DNA of 64,000 nt. Origin: Bdellovibrionales bacterium. GTDB lineage: Bacteria; Bdellovibrionota_G; JALEGL01; JAGRMV01. Below the pieces are notes generated by a model. The model was not told where the DNA came from, ran no database searches, and saw nothing but the letters and a program-made list of their open reading frames with translations. Below, piece after piece: positions 20,016 through 29,691 of the stretch. The stretch is taken from contig JAGRAZ010000001.1 in the NCBI GenBank assembly GCA_020434345.1, forward strand, positions 3,763 to 67,762. The letters are read 5' to 3'. The position numbers were made by a program, and so were the translations under genes. How positions within the stretch are numbered: position 1 is the first letter of the stretch; each line of letters opens with the position of its first letter.

Positions 20016-21328
20016 GACACAAACTGCTCAATGTCTTCTTCAGTCTTGGTTTCAGTCACTGTAATCAATAATTCATGTGTACGTTTTGGATCAAAGGATG
20101 ACAAAGCAATACCCGGATGAATTGCATGCTGAGAAAATTTCTCAATGACTTTGGTTGCTTCCATCGGAAGTGTAATGACAAACTCATTAAAAAATTCACC
20201 CGCATAGGATTTTTTTATACTTGGAATCGAAGTTAGCCCTTCAGACAACTGATGTGCACGCACATAATTGGTATGGGCAACCTCCATCAATCCCTTTTCG
20301 CCCATGCATGCCATGTAAATACATGCTTTAAGTGCACAGAGCGCGTTGTTGGTGCAAATATTAGAAGTCGCTTTCTCACGACGGATATGCTGTTCACGTG
20401 TGGAAAGTGTGAGTACGTATCCCGGTAGACCTGCTTCATCAACAGTTTTTCCAACAAGTCGTCCCGGCATTTGACGAACATACTTTTGCTTGGTTGCAAA
20501 AAGGCCTACATGGGGTCCGCCATAATTCATTTCAACACCAAGTGATTGACCTTCTCCAGCAAATATATCTGCTCCTGCATAGCCGGGTGGTTCAATCATC
20601 GCCAATGAAAGTGCTTCTTGGGTCGCAACTACAAACAACGCTTGTTGCCCGTGAATGGATTGCTCTAATTCTTTAAGAGATTCAATCACTCCATAAAAAT
20701 TAGGCTGACCAATTACAACACAAGAAGTCTCTGGCAAAAAATCATGAACTTTTGTTTGTCCGTTTGTATCGATTTCTAATTCATGAATTTCAACATCATA
20801 ATCAGACAAATACGAAATAACAGTCAGTCGATAATCAGGGTGCAATGCCTTTGAAAGGTACACATGTTTTCCGGGGTTTACACGAAGGGACATCAGCACA
20901 GCTTCTGCACAAGCGGACGCACCATCATACATTGAAGCATTGGCGACTTCCATGCCAGAAAGATTGGCAATCATGGACTGAAATTCAAAAATTGCTTGGA
21001 GCGTGCCTTGGCTGATTTCTGCTTGATAGGGTGTGTATGAGGTTAAAAACTCTCCCCTTGTCACAAGTGGATTAATGATAGAGGGAATGTAATGGTCGTA
21101 ACATCCTGCACCCAAATAGGATTTCCAAAGCAGAGGATCAACATTTTTTTGTGAGGTCTTGTGAAAAAAAGAACGCAATTCATATTCAGATTTTTGAGAA
21201 GGAAGGGCTGCCATTTCCCCTCTGCGAATTGCTGAAGGAATATCAGAAAACAACTCTTCAACAGAAGAAGCCCCAATGGCTTCTAGCATTTCTTTTTGGT
21301 CTTTTTGCGTAAGAGGAATGTACCGCAA
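19994..21328 (-). CDS. gcvPA: Glycine dehydrogenase (decarboxylating) subunit 1.
   Basis: 444 aa, N-terminal MRYIPLTQKDQKEMLEAIG... typical of GcvPA. Adjacent to gcvH and gcvPB. Confidence 0.9.
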   Translation of the reverse strand: MRYIPLTQKDQKEMLEAIGASSVEELFSDIPSAIRRGEMAALPSQKSEYELRSFFHKTSQKNVDPLLWKSYLGAGCYDHYIPSIINPLVTRGEFLTSYTPYQAEISQGTLQAIFEFQSMIANLSGMEVANASMYDGASACAEAVLMSLRVNPGKHVYLSKALHPDYRLTVISYLSDYDVEIHELEIDTNGQTKVHDFLPETSCVVIGQPNFYGVIESLKELEQSIHGQQALFVVATQEALSLAMIEPPGYAGADIFAGEGQSLGVEMNYGGPHVGLFATKQKYVRQMPGRLVGKTVDEAGLPGYVLTLSTREQHIRREKATSNICTNNALCALKACIYMACMGEKGLMEVAHTNYVRAHQLSEGLTSIPSIKKSYAGEFFNEFVITLPMEATKVIEKFSQHAIHPGIALSSFDPKRTHELLITVTETKTEEDIEQFVSCMKGVL

Positions 21329-21338
21329 AGGTTCTACC

Positions 21339-21731
21339 CTATTCTAACTCTTCTAGGTATGCCTCATAGGCACTTGCATCCATAAGAGATTCAAGCTCTG
21401 AAGTATCTTTGACAGAAAGCATGACCATCCAACCCTCGCTATAAGGATCTTCATTGATCATTTCTGGGCCATCAAGCACAGTCTCATTGACTTCCAAAAC
21501 CTTACCGCTAATCGGAGTGTAAATGTCAGAAACAGCTTTTACTGATTCTACAGAACCAAAAGTATCATGTGCATTAAAGGTGTCACCCTCTTCTGGCAAA
21601 TCAATGTGGACAATATCACCGAGTTTATCCTGTGCGTATTCAGTAATTCCAATTTTTGCTGTCTTGTTTTTTGGATCAAATTCGACCCATTCGTGTTCTT
21701 TTGTGTATCTAAGATTATCTGGAATTTCCAT
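21339..21731 (-). CDS. gcvH: Glycine cleavage system H protein.
   Basis: 130 aa with the lipoyl-lysine motif ...FGSVESVKAVSDIYTPISG. Confidence 0.9.
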   Translation of the reverse strand: MEIPDNLRYTKEHEWVEFDPKNKTAKIGITEYAQDKLGDIVHIDLPEEGDTFNAHDTFGSVESVKAVSDIYTPISGKVLEVNETVLDGPEMINEDPYSEGWMVMLSVKDTSELESLMDASAYEAYLEELE

Positions 21732-21807
21732 TGTGTCCTCCGATATATAGTGCAGTTACCAACCCACGTATGGGCGATGTATCATCTTTTGTATGCACCT
21801 CAAAATT

Positions 21808-22902
21808 TTATTTTTTTACAGACCCCTCCACAAAAGGCGTCTTTGTAATCTTTGCATTGTATTTTTTCCCACGCACATCAACTTGCACAATTGAACCAAT
21901 TTTTGATTTTGTTTTGATATGCGCAAGTGCAATTCCTTTTTTTAACGTGGGGGAATACGTTCCACTGGTGACAAAACCAATTTTTTCATCATTTTCAAAC
22001 ACTTCGTATCCAGGACGCGGAATACCCTTTTCTAAAAAAACAAGCCCTCTTACTTTTGCAAAATCAGATTTTTCAAGTTGATCTTTAAGGGCATGATGAC
22101 CTGTGAAGCTTCCTTTATGCAAATCCACAATCCACGAAAGGCCTGCTTCAAGCGGTGTTGTTTTTTCACTCATATCATTACCATACAAGCGATATCCCAT
22201 TTCCAAACGAAGTGTGTCTCTAGCGCCTAAACCAATGGGCGCAATACCTTTAGACTGACCCAATTCAAGCAATGCTTTCCAAACGTTTTTCACAATCGAG
22301 ATTGGAATATAAATTTCAAAACCATCTTCACCTGTGTAGCCTGTGCGAGAAACAATAATCGCTTGATCAAAAACATTACATACCTGAAATTCATAGTACG
22401 TTATGGTTTGAACATCGCGCGCGATTAAATCAGAAACGATATTTGATGATTCAGGACCTTGCACTGCAATCAATGCATAATCTTGGCTTCGATCTCTAAT
22501 TTCAACTTGATCAACTTGTTGCATGTAAAGCCAATTTAAAACATTTTCTTTTCGAGAAGCATTGATCACAAACATGAAATGTTCAGGGTGAAACATATAG
22601 ACTGTGCAGTCATCAATCATGCCACCATCTTCATTTAAAATAGCAGTATATTGCACTTTTCCGGGTTTAAGTTTGGTGATGTCGTTGCAGGTAACTTTTT
22701 GGCAGAAATCACTGGCGCCAGCGCCGTGAATTTCGATTTCTCCCATGTGAGATACGTCAAAAAGTCCAACAGCAGATCGAACTTTCAAATGTTCTTCTAC
22801 AATGCCTTTATATTGAATGGGCATTTCCCAGCCCGCGAAATTCACAAAGGTTGCCCCAAGCTTTTGATGTTCTTCATAAAGAGGGGTTTGCTTTAGATTC
22901 AT
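21808..22902 (-). CDS. gcvT: Aminomethyltransferase (glycine cleavage T protein).
   Basis: MNLKQTPLYEEHQKLGATFVNFAGWEMPIQYKG is the canonical GcvT N-terminus. Length 364 aa. Confidence 0.9.
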   Translation of the reverse strand: MNLKQTPLYEEHQKLGATFVNFAGWEMPIQYKGIVEEHLKVRSAVGLFDVSHMGEIEIHGAGASDFCQKVTCNDITKLKPGKVQYTAILNEDGGMIDDCTVYMFHPEHFMFVINASRKENVLNWLYMQQVDQVEIRDRSQDYALIAVQGPESSNIVSDLIARDVQTITYYEFQVCNVFDQAIIVSRTGYTGEDGFEIYIPISIVKNVWKALLELGQSKGIAPIGLGARDTLRLEMGYRLYGNDMSEKTTPLEAGLSWIVDLHKGSFTGHHALKDQLEKSDFAKVRGLVFLEKGIPRPGYEVFENDEKIGFVTSGTYSPTLKKGIALAHIKTKSKIGSIVQVDVRGKKYNAKITKTPFVEGSVKK

Positions 22903-22956
22903 ATTGTGGCTCTACATATCAAAAGTACACAACACTTCCAGCCTTTTAGCGAAAAA

Positions 22957-23790
22957 TCAGGTAATTTTTTTGCAAGCCTTAACCGTGTTTTGAAGCAACA
23001 CTGCAATGGTTAGGGGGCCAACTCCACCGGGGACAGGCGTAAGATACCCTGCTTTTGTTTTACAGTCCTCAAAATCAACATCCCCTACAAGTTTGCCGTC
23101 GTTTAGACGATTGATGCCCACATCCACAATACAGGCGCCCGGCTTGATCCAGCTAGCTTTTACCAATTGGGCAATGCCCACTGCGGCCACTACAATATCG
23201 GCTTTTTGGCAAAATTTTTCAATGTCCTTGGTTTTTGAATGACAAATCGTAACCGTTGCATTTTGCCCTAACAATAGATGCGCCATAGGCTTACCCACAA
23301 TATTGCTTCGACCGATCACAACTGCGTTGGCACCTTGCATGTTGATGTCATATTCCTTGAGCAGTCGAATCACACCGGTGGGCGTACACGGTGTTAGCGC
23401 GTCTTGACCTCGAAAAAGCTTTCCCGTATTGATCAAGTGAAATCCATCTACGTCTTTATTTTCATCAACGGCACGCAAAATTACTTCTTCATCAAGGTGT
23501 TTAGGAAGTGGCAATTGAACCAGTATGCCGTGAATATCTTTTCGTTGATTGAGGTCCTCAATCAACACCAACACTTCTTCTTGCGTGACGTTAGCATTTT
23601 TACGAATCACTTCTGAGTACATCCCTACTTTTTGACAGGTTTTATGTTTTCGATTCACATAAACTTGTGAGGCTGGGTCATCACCAATCAGAATGACAGC
23701 CAATCCCGGTTTTACTTCCATGGTAGCAATATCGTTCTGGACTTCTTGCAGAATTTTCTCTGCGACCTTTTTCCCGTCAAGTAGTTGCAT
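22957..23790 (-). CDS. folD: Bifunctional methylenetetrahydrofolate dehydrogenase/cyclohydrolase.
   Basis: MQLLDGKKVAEKILQEVQND...AVILIGDDPASQVYV...VIGRSNIVGKPMAHLL are FolD signatures. Length 277 aa. Confidence 0.9.
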   Translation of the reverse strand: MQLLDGKKVAEKILQEVQNDIATMEVKPGLAVILIGDDPASQVYVNRKHKTCQKVGMYSEVIRKNANVTQEEVLVLIEDLNQRKDIHGILVQLPLPKHLDEEVILRAVDENKDVDGFHLINTGKLFRGQDALTPCTPTGVIRLLKEYDINMQGANAVVIGRSNIVGKPMAHLLLGQNATVTICHSKTKDIEKFCQKADIVVAAVGIAQLVKASWIKPGACIVDVGINRLNDGKLVGDVDFEDCKTKAGYLTPVPGGVGPLTIAVLLQNTVKACKKIT

Positions 23791-23851
23791 GAGCTATGTC
23801 ATACCTGAAGATACAAATTGTGTATAGCTTGCTTTTGCGCTGTTTGTATCA

Positions 23852-23900
23852 ATCTTAAGATACTTTGGGAAGAATGCCGATGTTCTCAATCTGCACAAGC
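23852..23900. repeat. Direct repeat, copy A: a remnant copy of the last ~14 codons plus stop of divIVA, lying after the stop of the cargo gene and upstream of folD.
   Basis: By hand count, 43/49 nt are identical to 24948..24996. On the minus strand it encodes LVQIENIGILPKVS*, against LVQIENVGILPKVS* at the real divIVA end. Most of the differences are synonymous. Confidence 0.8.
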
Positions 23901-23911
23901 ACATGATTTGT

Positions 23912-24790
23912 TTAGTCAATTGTTTTTGGATCGTGAGGATTCACTGCAGGTAAAATATCTGCAATTTCTAAAAGTGTTGCTAGCGCATAAACTCTTTTAG
24001 CATTTTTGAATGCATTTCGACTCGAAGTATTTTTTGTATCAACATCAAAAATATTTTTTCCATCGCCCTTGAGGACATTGATACCATTGTTTTGCAATAG
24101 TCTTTTTCCCCCGCCACTTCCAGCGTTATAAAATATATAAGACCATGCAGCAATCAGTGGATTATCATTGGGCAATTGAATATGTAATGCTTTGGCTGCT
24201 TCAACAAACTTGTCATGCGAGTATTGATAACGAGCGGCAAAAAACTCTGTATAAGCATCAAGACTTTCAAATGCACCAAGTACATATTCATCATTTGCTT
24301 CGTTTCTAACCTTGATGGGAGAACCATCTTGCGTAAGCTCTGGTTGTAAACCAGTATAATCTTGTCGCAAATACCCTTCTCTTTTTAATTTATCTTGAAT
24401 GAAAATTCCATCATCCATACCGTCGCTGGAAGTAGAAAGATCATCAAATAGAGGATCATATCCATACTCACAAATAGCATCAGCACAAAGTAATATATTG
24501 ATCATTGACTCTTGCATGATTGAAGCAACAAAACCTGAAGGAGAAAGACCTGCTGTAACATCATTTGCATGATCAAGTGAGTCCAAAATATCAAAAGAGT
24601 TTTTTGACAGCCACCCCATGATTCCAGGCACCCTCATACCAGCAACCAACCCAGCTTTTCTTTTTAGTTGGTCGTATAGCTCAGTATCATCAACAAGTTT
24701 CTGCGCTTGCGACTCTGCTTTTTTTACGTCAAAAGCATGCGTTGAAAATGGAAGTAAAAAAAATAAAAAGGCATATAGATAGATTTTCAT
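23912..24790 (-). CDS. Secreted hypothetical protein (292 aa). It is the cargo gene of a small islet inserted between divIVA and folD.
   Basis: Signal peptide MKIYLYAFLFFLLPFSTHA. No family recognised. A strong AAGGAG SD lies close to the ATG. The gene is bracketed by the 49-bp direct repeat. Confidence 0.5.
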   Translation of the reverse strand: MKIYLYAFLFFLLPFSTHAFDVKKAESQAQKLVDDTELYDQLKRKAGLVAGMRVPGIMGWLSKNSFDILDSLDHANDVTAGLSPSGFVASIMQESMINILLCADAICEYGYDPLFDDLSTSSDGMDDGIFIQDKLKREGYLRQDYTGLQPELTQDGSPIKVRNEANDEYVLGAFESLDAYTEFFAARYQYSHDKFVEAAKALHIQLPNDNPLIAAWSYIFYNAGSGGGKRLLQNNGINVLKGDGKNIFDVDTKNTSSRNAFKNAKRVYALATLLEIADILPAVNPHDPKTID

Positions 24791-24947
24791 ACTCCTTACT
24801 TAGCAACGAACATGCCAAAGTATTTTCACATTTTTACTTTCATATCAATAACTTAAATACACCTATTACTTCTTGTATAGGGACAAGGGACACTTATAAC
24901 CAAGCAAAGTTGACCAGAAATATAAGTGTTTGGTGACTGTGTAGACT

Positions 24948-24996
24948 TCTTACGAAACCTTAGGAAGGATGCCGACGTTCTCAATCTGCACAAGCA
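24948..24996. repeat. Direct repeat, copy B: the functional 3' end of divIVA.
   Basis: Partner of 23852..23900. It contains the divIVA stop (TAA, minus strand, 24950-24952). Confidence 0.8.
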
Positions 24997-25450
24997 TCTC
25001 TTTGTCTGAATCCTGATCTAACAATTTAAGATGTGTTTCGATGATACCTTTGACCTGCCCATAAAACTCAGCTTTTTGCTTTTTCATACCATTGATCTGA
25101 CCAATGATTTCCGTCAATCGATCATGGGCTTGCTTAAGCACTTTTTCAGCCTGCATCTCCGCTTGCTGAATAATGAGTTGAGATTCTTTTTGCGCATTGG
25201 CATTCATTTGCTCTGTCATTTTTTGCGCGGTTTTCATGGTTTCTTTGATTTCACGTTCGTTACGCTCAAGCTCTTCAATACGTTGGGTCTGATTTTCTGT
25301 AAGCATGGTTAATTCAACCAACTTTTTGTTTAACTCTTCAGTATACTCAACCACATCCCGCAAAAAGGATCGAACCTGTTCCACATCAAATCCACGGAAT
25401 TTTTTATCAAAATCTTTGTGCTGAATATCTAACGGTGTCATCTTCTTCAT
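24950..25450 (-). CDS. divIVA: DivIVA-domain cell-division protein.
   Basis: MKKMTPLDIQHKDFDKKFRGFDVEQVRSFLRDVVEYTEELNKK is the DivIVA N-terminal signature. The remainder is coiled-coil. Confidence 0.75.
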   Translation of the reverse strand: MKKMTPLDIQHKDFDKKFRGFDVEQVRSFLRDVVEYTEELNKKLVELTMLTENQTQRIEELERNEREIKETMKTAQKMTEQMNANAQKESQLIIQQAEMQAEKVLKQAHDRLTEIIGQINGMKKQKAEFYGQVKGIIETHLKLLDQDSDKEMLVQIENVGILPKVS

Positions 25451-25520
25451 ACTCTCTCCTTGGCGCTGTCTCTACATTATACGCTTCTTGGTCTAAATTT
25501 TCAAAAAGAACTGCAGGAAA

Positions 25521-26189
25521 CTACCGTTCGCCAAACAGAATGGTTCCCAAACGCACGTGGGTGGCCCCCTCCTCGATGGCGACCTCAAAATCATTGGATA
25601 CCCCTTGAGACAACGCGACGCATGGTAGTCGCGGATGCTGCAACATCTGAATTCTTGTTTGAAGCGCTTTGGCTTGAGAAAAAAAAGCGCGATTTTCTTG
25701 TGCGTCTTTTGCGTTTGGTGGAAATACCATAAGGCCATTTAGTACAAGATCCGTCTGAAGTATTTTTTGTAAAAATGCTTCCACCTCATCTGGCATAACA
25801 CCTGATTTTGTTTCTTCTTTGGACAAATTCACTTGTAATAACAACAAGGGTCTCTTTTCTTTCTCGATCGATACCCACTTTTCAAGCTGACTTTCCCTAT
25901 CTAATGAATGGACCATGTAAACTGTTCCTGCAATCTTGGGGATTTTTCTCGATTGCGTATCACCAATAAAATGCCACCTAATATCTTTTGGCAGTTGCTC
26001 TTTTTTTACCAACAGCTCTTGCACATAATTTTCGCCAAAATTCCGAATACCAAGATCATAGGCTTTTTTTATTCTTTCTACGCTTTGCTTTTTGCTCACA
26101 GCAACAAGCGTTACATCCTGAAAAGCACGGTCAGCACTTACACAAGCTTGATCAATCCGCTTACAAATCTCTTCATATTGTTTTTTCAT
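25521..26189 (-). CDS. yggS: YggS-family pyridoxal-phosphate homeostasis protein.
   Basis: GENYVQELLVKKEQLPKDIRWHFIGDTQSRKIPKIAG...MVHSLDRESQ matches the UPF0001/YggS family. Confidence 0.8.
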   Translation of the reverse strand: MKKQYEEICKRIDQACVSADRAFQDVTLVAVSKKQSVERIKKAYDLGIRNFGENYVQELLVKKEQLPKDIRWHFIGDTQSRKIPKIAGTVYMVHSLDRESQLEKWVSIEKEKRPLLLLQVNLSKEETKSGVMPDEVEAFLQKILQTDLVLNGLMVFPPNAKDAQENRAFFSQAKALQTRIQMLQHPRLPCVALSQGVSNDFEVAIEEGATHVRLGTILFGER

Positions 26190-26764
26190 TTTGAAATGAT
26201 CGCAAGTGATTCTAAATCCTGAAAAATCTCATACAGCGGTAGACCGATTACGTTGGTGAGCGAGCCTTCAATGGACTCAACAAAAAACCCTGCATGTTCT
26301 TGAATACCGTATGCACCAGCTTTATCTAAAACTTGAGCTTGTTGAAGATAGAGCTCCAATAAACTTGCATCAATCGTTTTCATATGAACTTTGGTTTGAA
26401 CCACACGACTGATTTGTTTTTTGTACTGAATGACATACGCTGTAGAAACATAGTGCGACGTGCCTGATAACATTTGCATCATCTTTTTTGCATCTTGTAC
26501 GTCTTTAGGTTTTCCCAGAATGTTTTGATCAAGATGAACAATGGTATCTGCTGTAACGCATGCCGCATCTTGTGGAATTTTCTCTTGCAATGAATCCATC
26601 TTGGCTTGTGCAATTTCAAGTACAAACTTTGAAGGATCATTTGTACTTGCAGTTTCGGGTTCAACAGGTTCCATGGTTTTAACCAAAAGTCCCCAAGACA
26701 TCAAAAGCTCTTTCCTACGCGGCGACTTTGATCCCAAAATCACTGTACAATGCTGTTTCATCAA
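26186..26764 (-). CDS. maf: Maf-like nucleoside-triphosphate pyrophosphatase (septum formation protein Maf).
   Basis: TVILGSKSPRRKELL... is the Maf N-terminal motif. Length 192 aa. Its start overlaps the yggS stop. Confidence 0.8.
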   Translation of the reverse strand: MMKQHCTVILGSKSPRRKELLMSWGLLVKTMEPVEPETASTNDPSKFVLEIAQAKMDSLQEKIPQDAACVTADTIVHLDQNILGKPKDVQDAKKMMQMLSGTSHYVSTAYVIQYKKQISRVVQTKVHMKTIDASLLELYLQQAQVLDKAGAYGIQEHAGFFVESIEGSLTNVIGLPLYEIFQDLESLAIISK

Positions 26765-26781
26765 GCTAGATTATACACAAA

Positions 26782-27839
26782 TCATGAGCAAAAACGACAA
26801 ACAACTCACACTTGAAAACCGTATCGAACGGTTGGTTGTACTATCTGATTTGGGTAAAACATTTACCTCCACAATAGATTTTGAAGACCTTTTAAAAACA
26901 ATTCTTAAAAAAATCTCTGAAATCCTTGAGCCCCAATCATGGCAACTTCTTTTGAAACATCCCTCTCAGGATGCTCTTGAGTATAAAATTTTAATCAATG
27001 ACCCATCGGTCAATCGGTCACAACTCGTATACTTTGGCGAAGGTTGTTCAGGATGGGTAGCCAAAACCAAAACACCAATCCTCTGGTCTCAAAACATCAA
27101 AATCCCTGAAAGCTCACAGATTCCTCCGCAAATTCAAAAAGAGTTTCAAAACGCTTCATACCTATGTGTGCCACTTCAAAACAGAAACACTGTGCTGGGT
27201 GTAATATTTTTAAAACATGCGGACCCAGATTTTTTTACACAAGATGACCTTATAACCGTAACAACCATTTCAGACTTCGCAGCGATTGCCATTGAAAATG
27301 CCATTAACTATGAACGTATTGAAGAATTAACCATACGTGACGATTTAACAACCCTGTACAATCAACGCTACCTCCACCAAATTTTGGATCAAGAGGTAGA
27401 GCGTGCCAGTCGTTATTTCAAAGAATTTTCTATGGTCTTTATTGATTTAGATAAATTTAAAAATGTTAACGACACGTACGGACATATTTACGGATCTGAG
27501 CTATTGCAAGAAACTGCGAATGTGCTCTTGCAAAACACACGTGAGGTTGATCACTGTGCAAGGTATGGTGGTGATGAATTTGTAATTGTTCTTCCTGAGA
27601 CAGGAAAAAAAGAAGCAATTTATTCTGCTGAACGTATCAGACAAGCCATCGAGTCCCATGTATTTTTAGAAAGAAAGGGTATCAACGCCAAGTTTACAGC
27701 CAGTTTTGGAGTTGCTACGTTTCCAACCGATGCGCAATCTAAAAACGACCTAATCAAAATGGCAGATGAAGCCATGTATGAGGCAAAACACAAAAACCGA
27801 AATGCTGTTCAAGGATATGAAAAAGGCAATGATGCGTAA
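26782..27839 (+). CDS. GAF-domain diguanylate cyclase (GGDEF).
   Basis: RYLHQILDQEVERASRY...FIDLDKFKNVNDTYGH...RYGGDEFVIVLPETG is the GGDEF active site. The upstream region is GAF-like. The start is reassigned to MSKNDKQLT, because the longer track ORF overlaps maf on the opposite strand. Confidence 0.8.
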
Positions 27840-28695
27840 ATCATCCATTGAGGAAAAACTTACCACCTACCCCTATGAGCTTTTTGAAAAGTTTCTTTCA
27901 CCTTTACTCAAAGAGCTTCCATCCAAACCGTTGTATGTTGTGGGATATGGCTCATGCTTAAGCCAAACAACACAAAGTGCGACTTCAACACCGGATTTTT
28001 ATGTCGTTGTTGATGATTATGAAACGTTTTATGCGTCTAAAAAAGCGCAAAAACTCAATCCCATATTACCTCCCAATATTTATCATTTTCATTTGGATTC
28101 AATGATTATTAAATATTCAGTTATTTCACAATCAGATTTAAACCGAGAGGTTTCCCTGAACGCATCAGATGTGTACCATCTGGGTAGATTTTCTAAGCGC
28201 ATTGCCCTTGTACATGCAGAGCAAACAAATGCTCTTGAAACTCTTATCAACGTACATGAAGAAGCTGCCAAAACTGCGTTTATCTTGAGCCATCGATTGC
28301 ATGGCCCCTCTTCTACGCTTGAAGAAGCTGTTCTAAAAGCCCTTCGCTTAAGTTACGAGGGAGACGTTCGAATTGAAGCAGATGATAAAGTGCAAAAGCT
28401 TTATCTTGCAGAATCTGATTATTACCAAGCACTCTATCAACCGATTTTTGAAGAGCATGGCAAAACAAGCAGTGAAACTTCTATAAAATTCTGGATCAAA
28501 AAAAGTCGAATTCGTGCACAGTTACGTTGGCTCAAAAATATACTTACAGCAACATCATGGATTGATTACATGATATTTAAAATTGAACGAACCAAAGGTA
28601 TCAAGATTGAATTAACCGAAACACAAAAAAAGTTTTGGTTTATTCACATTTGGCCTATCCTGTGGCGCCTCTACAGAGAAAATGCGATTAAGTAA
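27829..28695 (+). CDS. Tam41/Mmp37-like nucleotidyltransferase (putative phosphatidate cytidylyltransferase-type protein).
   Basis: LYVVGYGSCLSQT...PDFYVVVDDYETFY...IKYSVISQSDLNREVS...YHLGRFSKRIALV parallels the Mmp37 motifs YGSGVF / IDFIFAV / KYGVIS...LYLaGRLQKP. The start overlaps the GGDEF stop. Confidence 0.45.
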   Translation: MMRKSSIEEKLTTYPYELFEKFLSPLLKELPSKPLYVVGYGSCLSQTTQSATSTPDFYVVVDDYETFYASKKAQKLNPILPPNIYHFHLDSMIIKYSVISQSDLNREVSLNASDVYHLGRFSKRIALVHAEQTNALETLINVHEEAAKTAFILSHRLHGPSSTLEEAVLKALRLSYEGDVRIEADDKVQKLYLAESDYYQALYQPIFEEHGKTSSETSIKFWIKKSRIRAQLRWLKNILTATSWIDYMIFKIERTKGIKIELTETQKKFWFIHIWPILWRLYRENAIK

Positions 28696-28722
28696 TCTAG
28701 AAAAAAGAACTCACTTCTAAAA

Positions 28723-29691
28723 TCACATTTTTTTACATTTTATAGATGATGGAATCCATGGATTGATTAATTCAGAAGACTGTTGATATCTACAAATACC
28801 TTTTGAAAAAAGAGAATCATAATGTCGAGAAAAGCTAAGTTGAGAAACTGTACAACCTCTTTCGCCCATCTCGCAAAGCTCTAATAAACCGCTATCTAGC
28901 GTAAAGTCTTCTCCATATTTTTTGATAAATTTTTTATCAATTTCCTCAAGGTTTATTTTCTCAGGCGCACCAAAAACTCTTGCTATGAAAGGGGCCCCTG
29001 TTCTGATTTCATGGTACTCATCATCGTATTTACCGTTAAAATACTGAATAGGCTGCATTAATTCTTCAAAACTCAAAACTGTTTTTGCAGTATCAGGATT
29101 AGTTACCAAGAAGGAAGTTGTATGATTATCACGAATTAACGTTATCGTACCAGGTAGAATATCATGCAAGACTCTCAATGCAGCTTGCTCTTGATTTGTT
29201 ACAGCGCCATAAGAACCATTTATGGGAAACGTCATTCCTAGCATTCTTTCATAAGAATCTTTTACCAACTTATGAAAGTCTATCACCGTTTTCTTTCTTG
29301 CTTCAGCTGGATTGAGTTTATCTTTTTCAATGTAGTTGCGAAATGTTTGTACCAGCGCCTGTGTAATCGTATAAACAGGTGCATTCTCAGAGTTCTTTTT
29401 GTTTCCACCCAGTTCCCATTGTTTTATGGCATACCACTGATCACCGTTTGTTAAATACCCATTTTCATCAGCATCAAAAATTGTACTTAAATCAAGTCGT
29501 CCATTTTCTTTGCTCATTTCATTTTCGTGATCCCATGCAAACAAATCATGCGATGCCAAACCCAACACACCTATGTCTTTCACTAGAATATTTTGCGTCT
29601 TATCTGCATGATCATATGCAGAAACAAATGAAGTAGAAAAAACAGAACAAATTATAAAAACAGCCACATGTATACAACCTCTATACGTCAT
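28723..29691 (-). CDS. Secreted hypothetical protein (322 aa).
   Basis: Signal peptide ...IHVAVFIICSVFSTSFVSA. No family recognised. Confidence 0.45.
   Translation of the reverse strand: MTYRGCIHVAVFIICSVFSTSFVSAYDHADKTQNILVKDIGVLGLASHDLFAWDHENEMSKENGRLDLSTIFDADENGYLTNGDQWYAIKQWELGGNKKNSENAPVYTITQALVQTFRNYIEKDKLNPAEARKKTVIDFHKLVKDSYERMLGMTFPINGSYGAVTNQEQAALRVLHDILPGTITLIRDNHTTSFLVTNPDTAKTVLSFEELMQPIQYFNGKYDDEYHEIRTGAPFIARVFGAPEKINLEEIDKKFIKKYGEDFTLDSGLLELCEMGERGCTVSQLSFSRHYDSLFSKGICRYQQSSELINPWIPSSIKCKKM

Noticed and set aside
22903-23911. Glycine riboswitch upstream of gcvT or folD.
   Set aside because: The intergenic region before gcvT is only 54 bp. The region upstream of folD lacks the conserved aptamer sequence motifs expected of a glycine riboswitch.
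25460-25738. ORFs of 90 and 81 aa overlapping the yggS 3' region.
   Set aside because: They are alternative frames of a well-supported gene.
26541-26781. Long N-terminal extension of the GGDEF ORF in the track.
   Set aside because: It overlaps maf on the opposite strand. The GAF domain begins after the internal Met at 26782.
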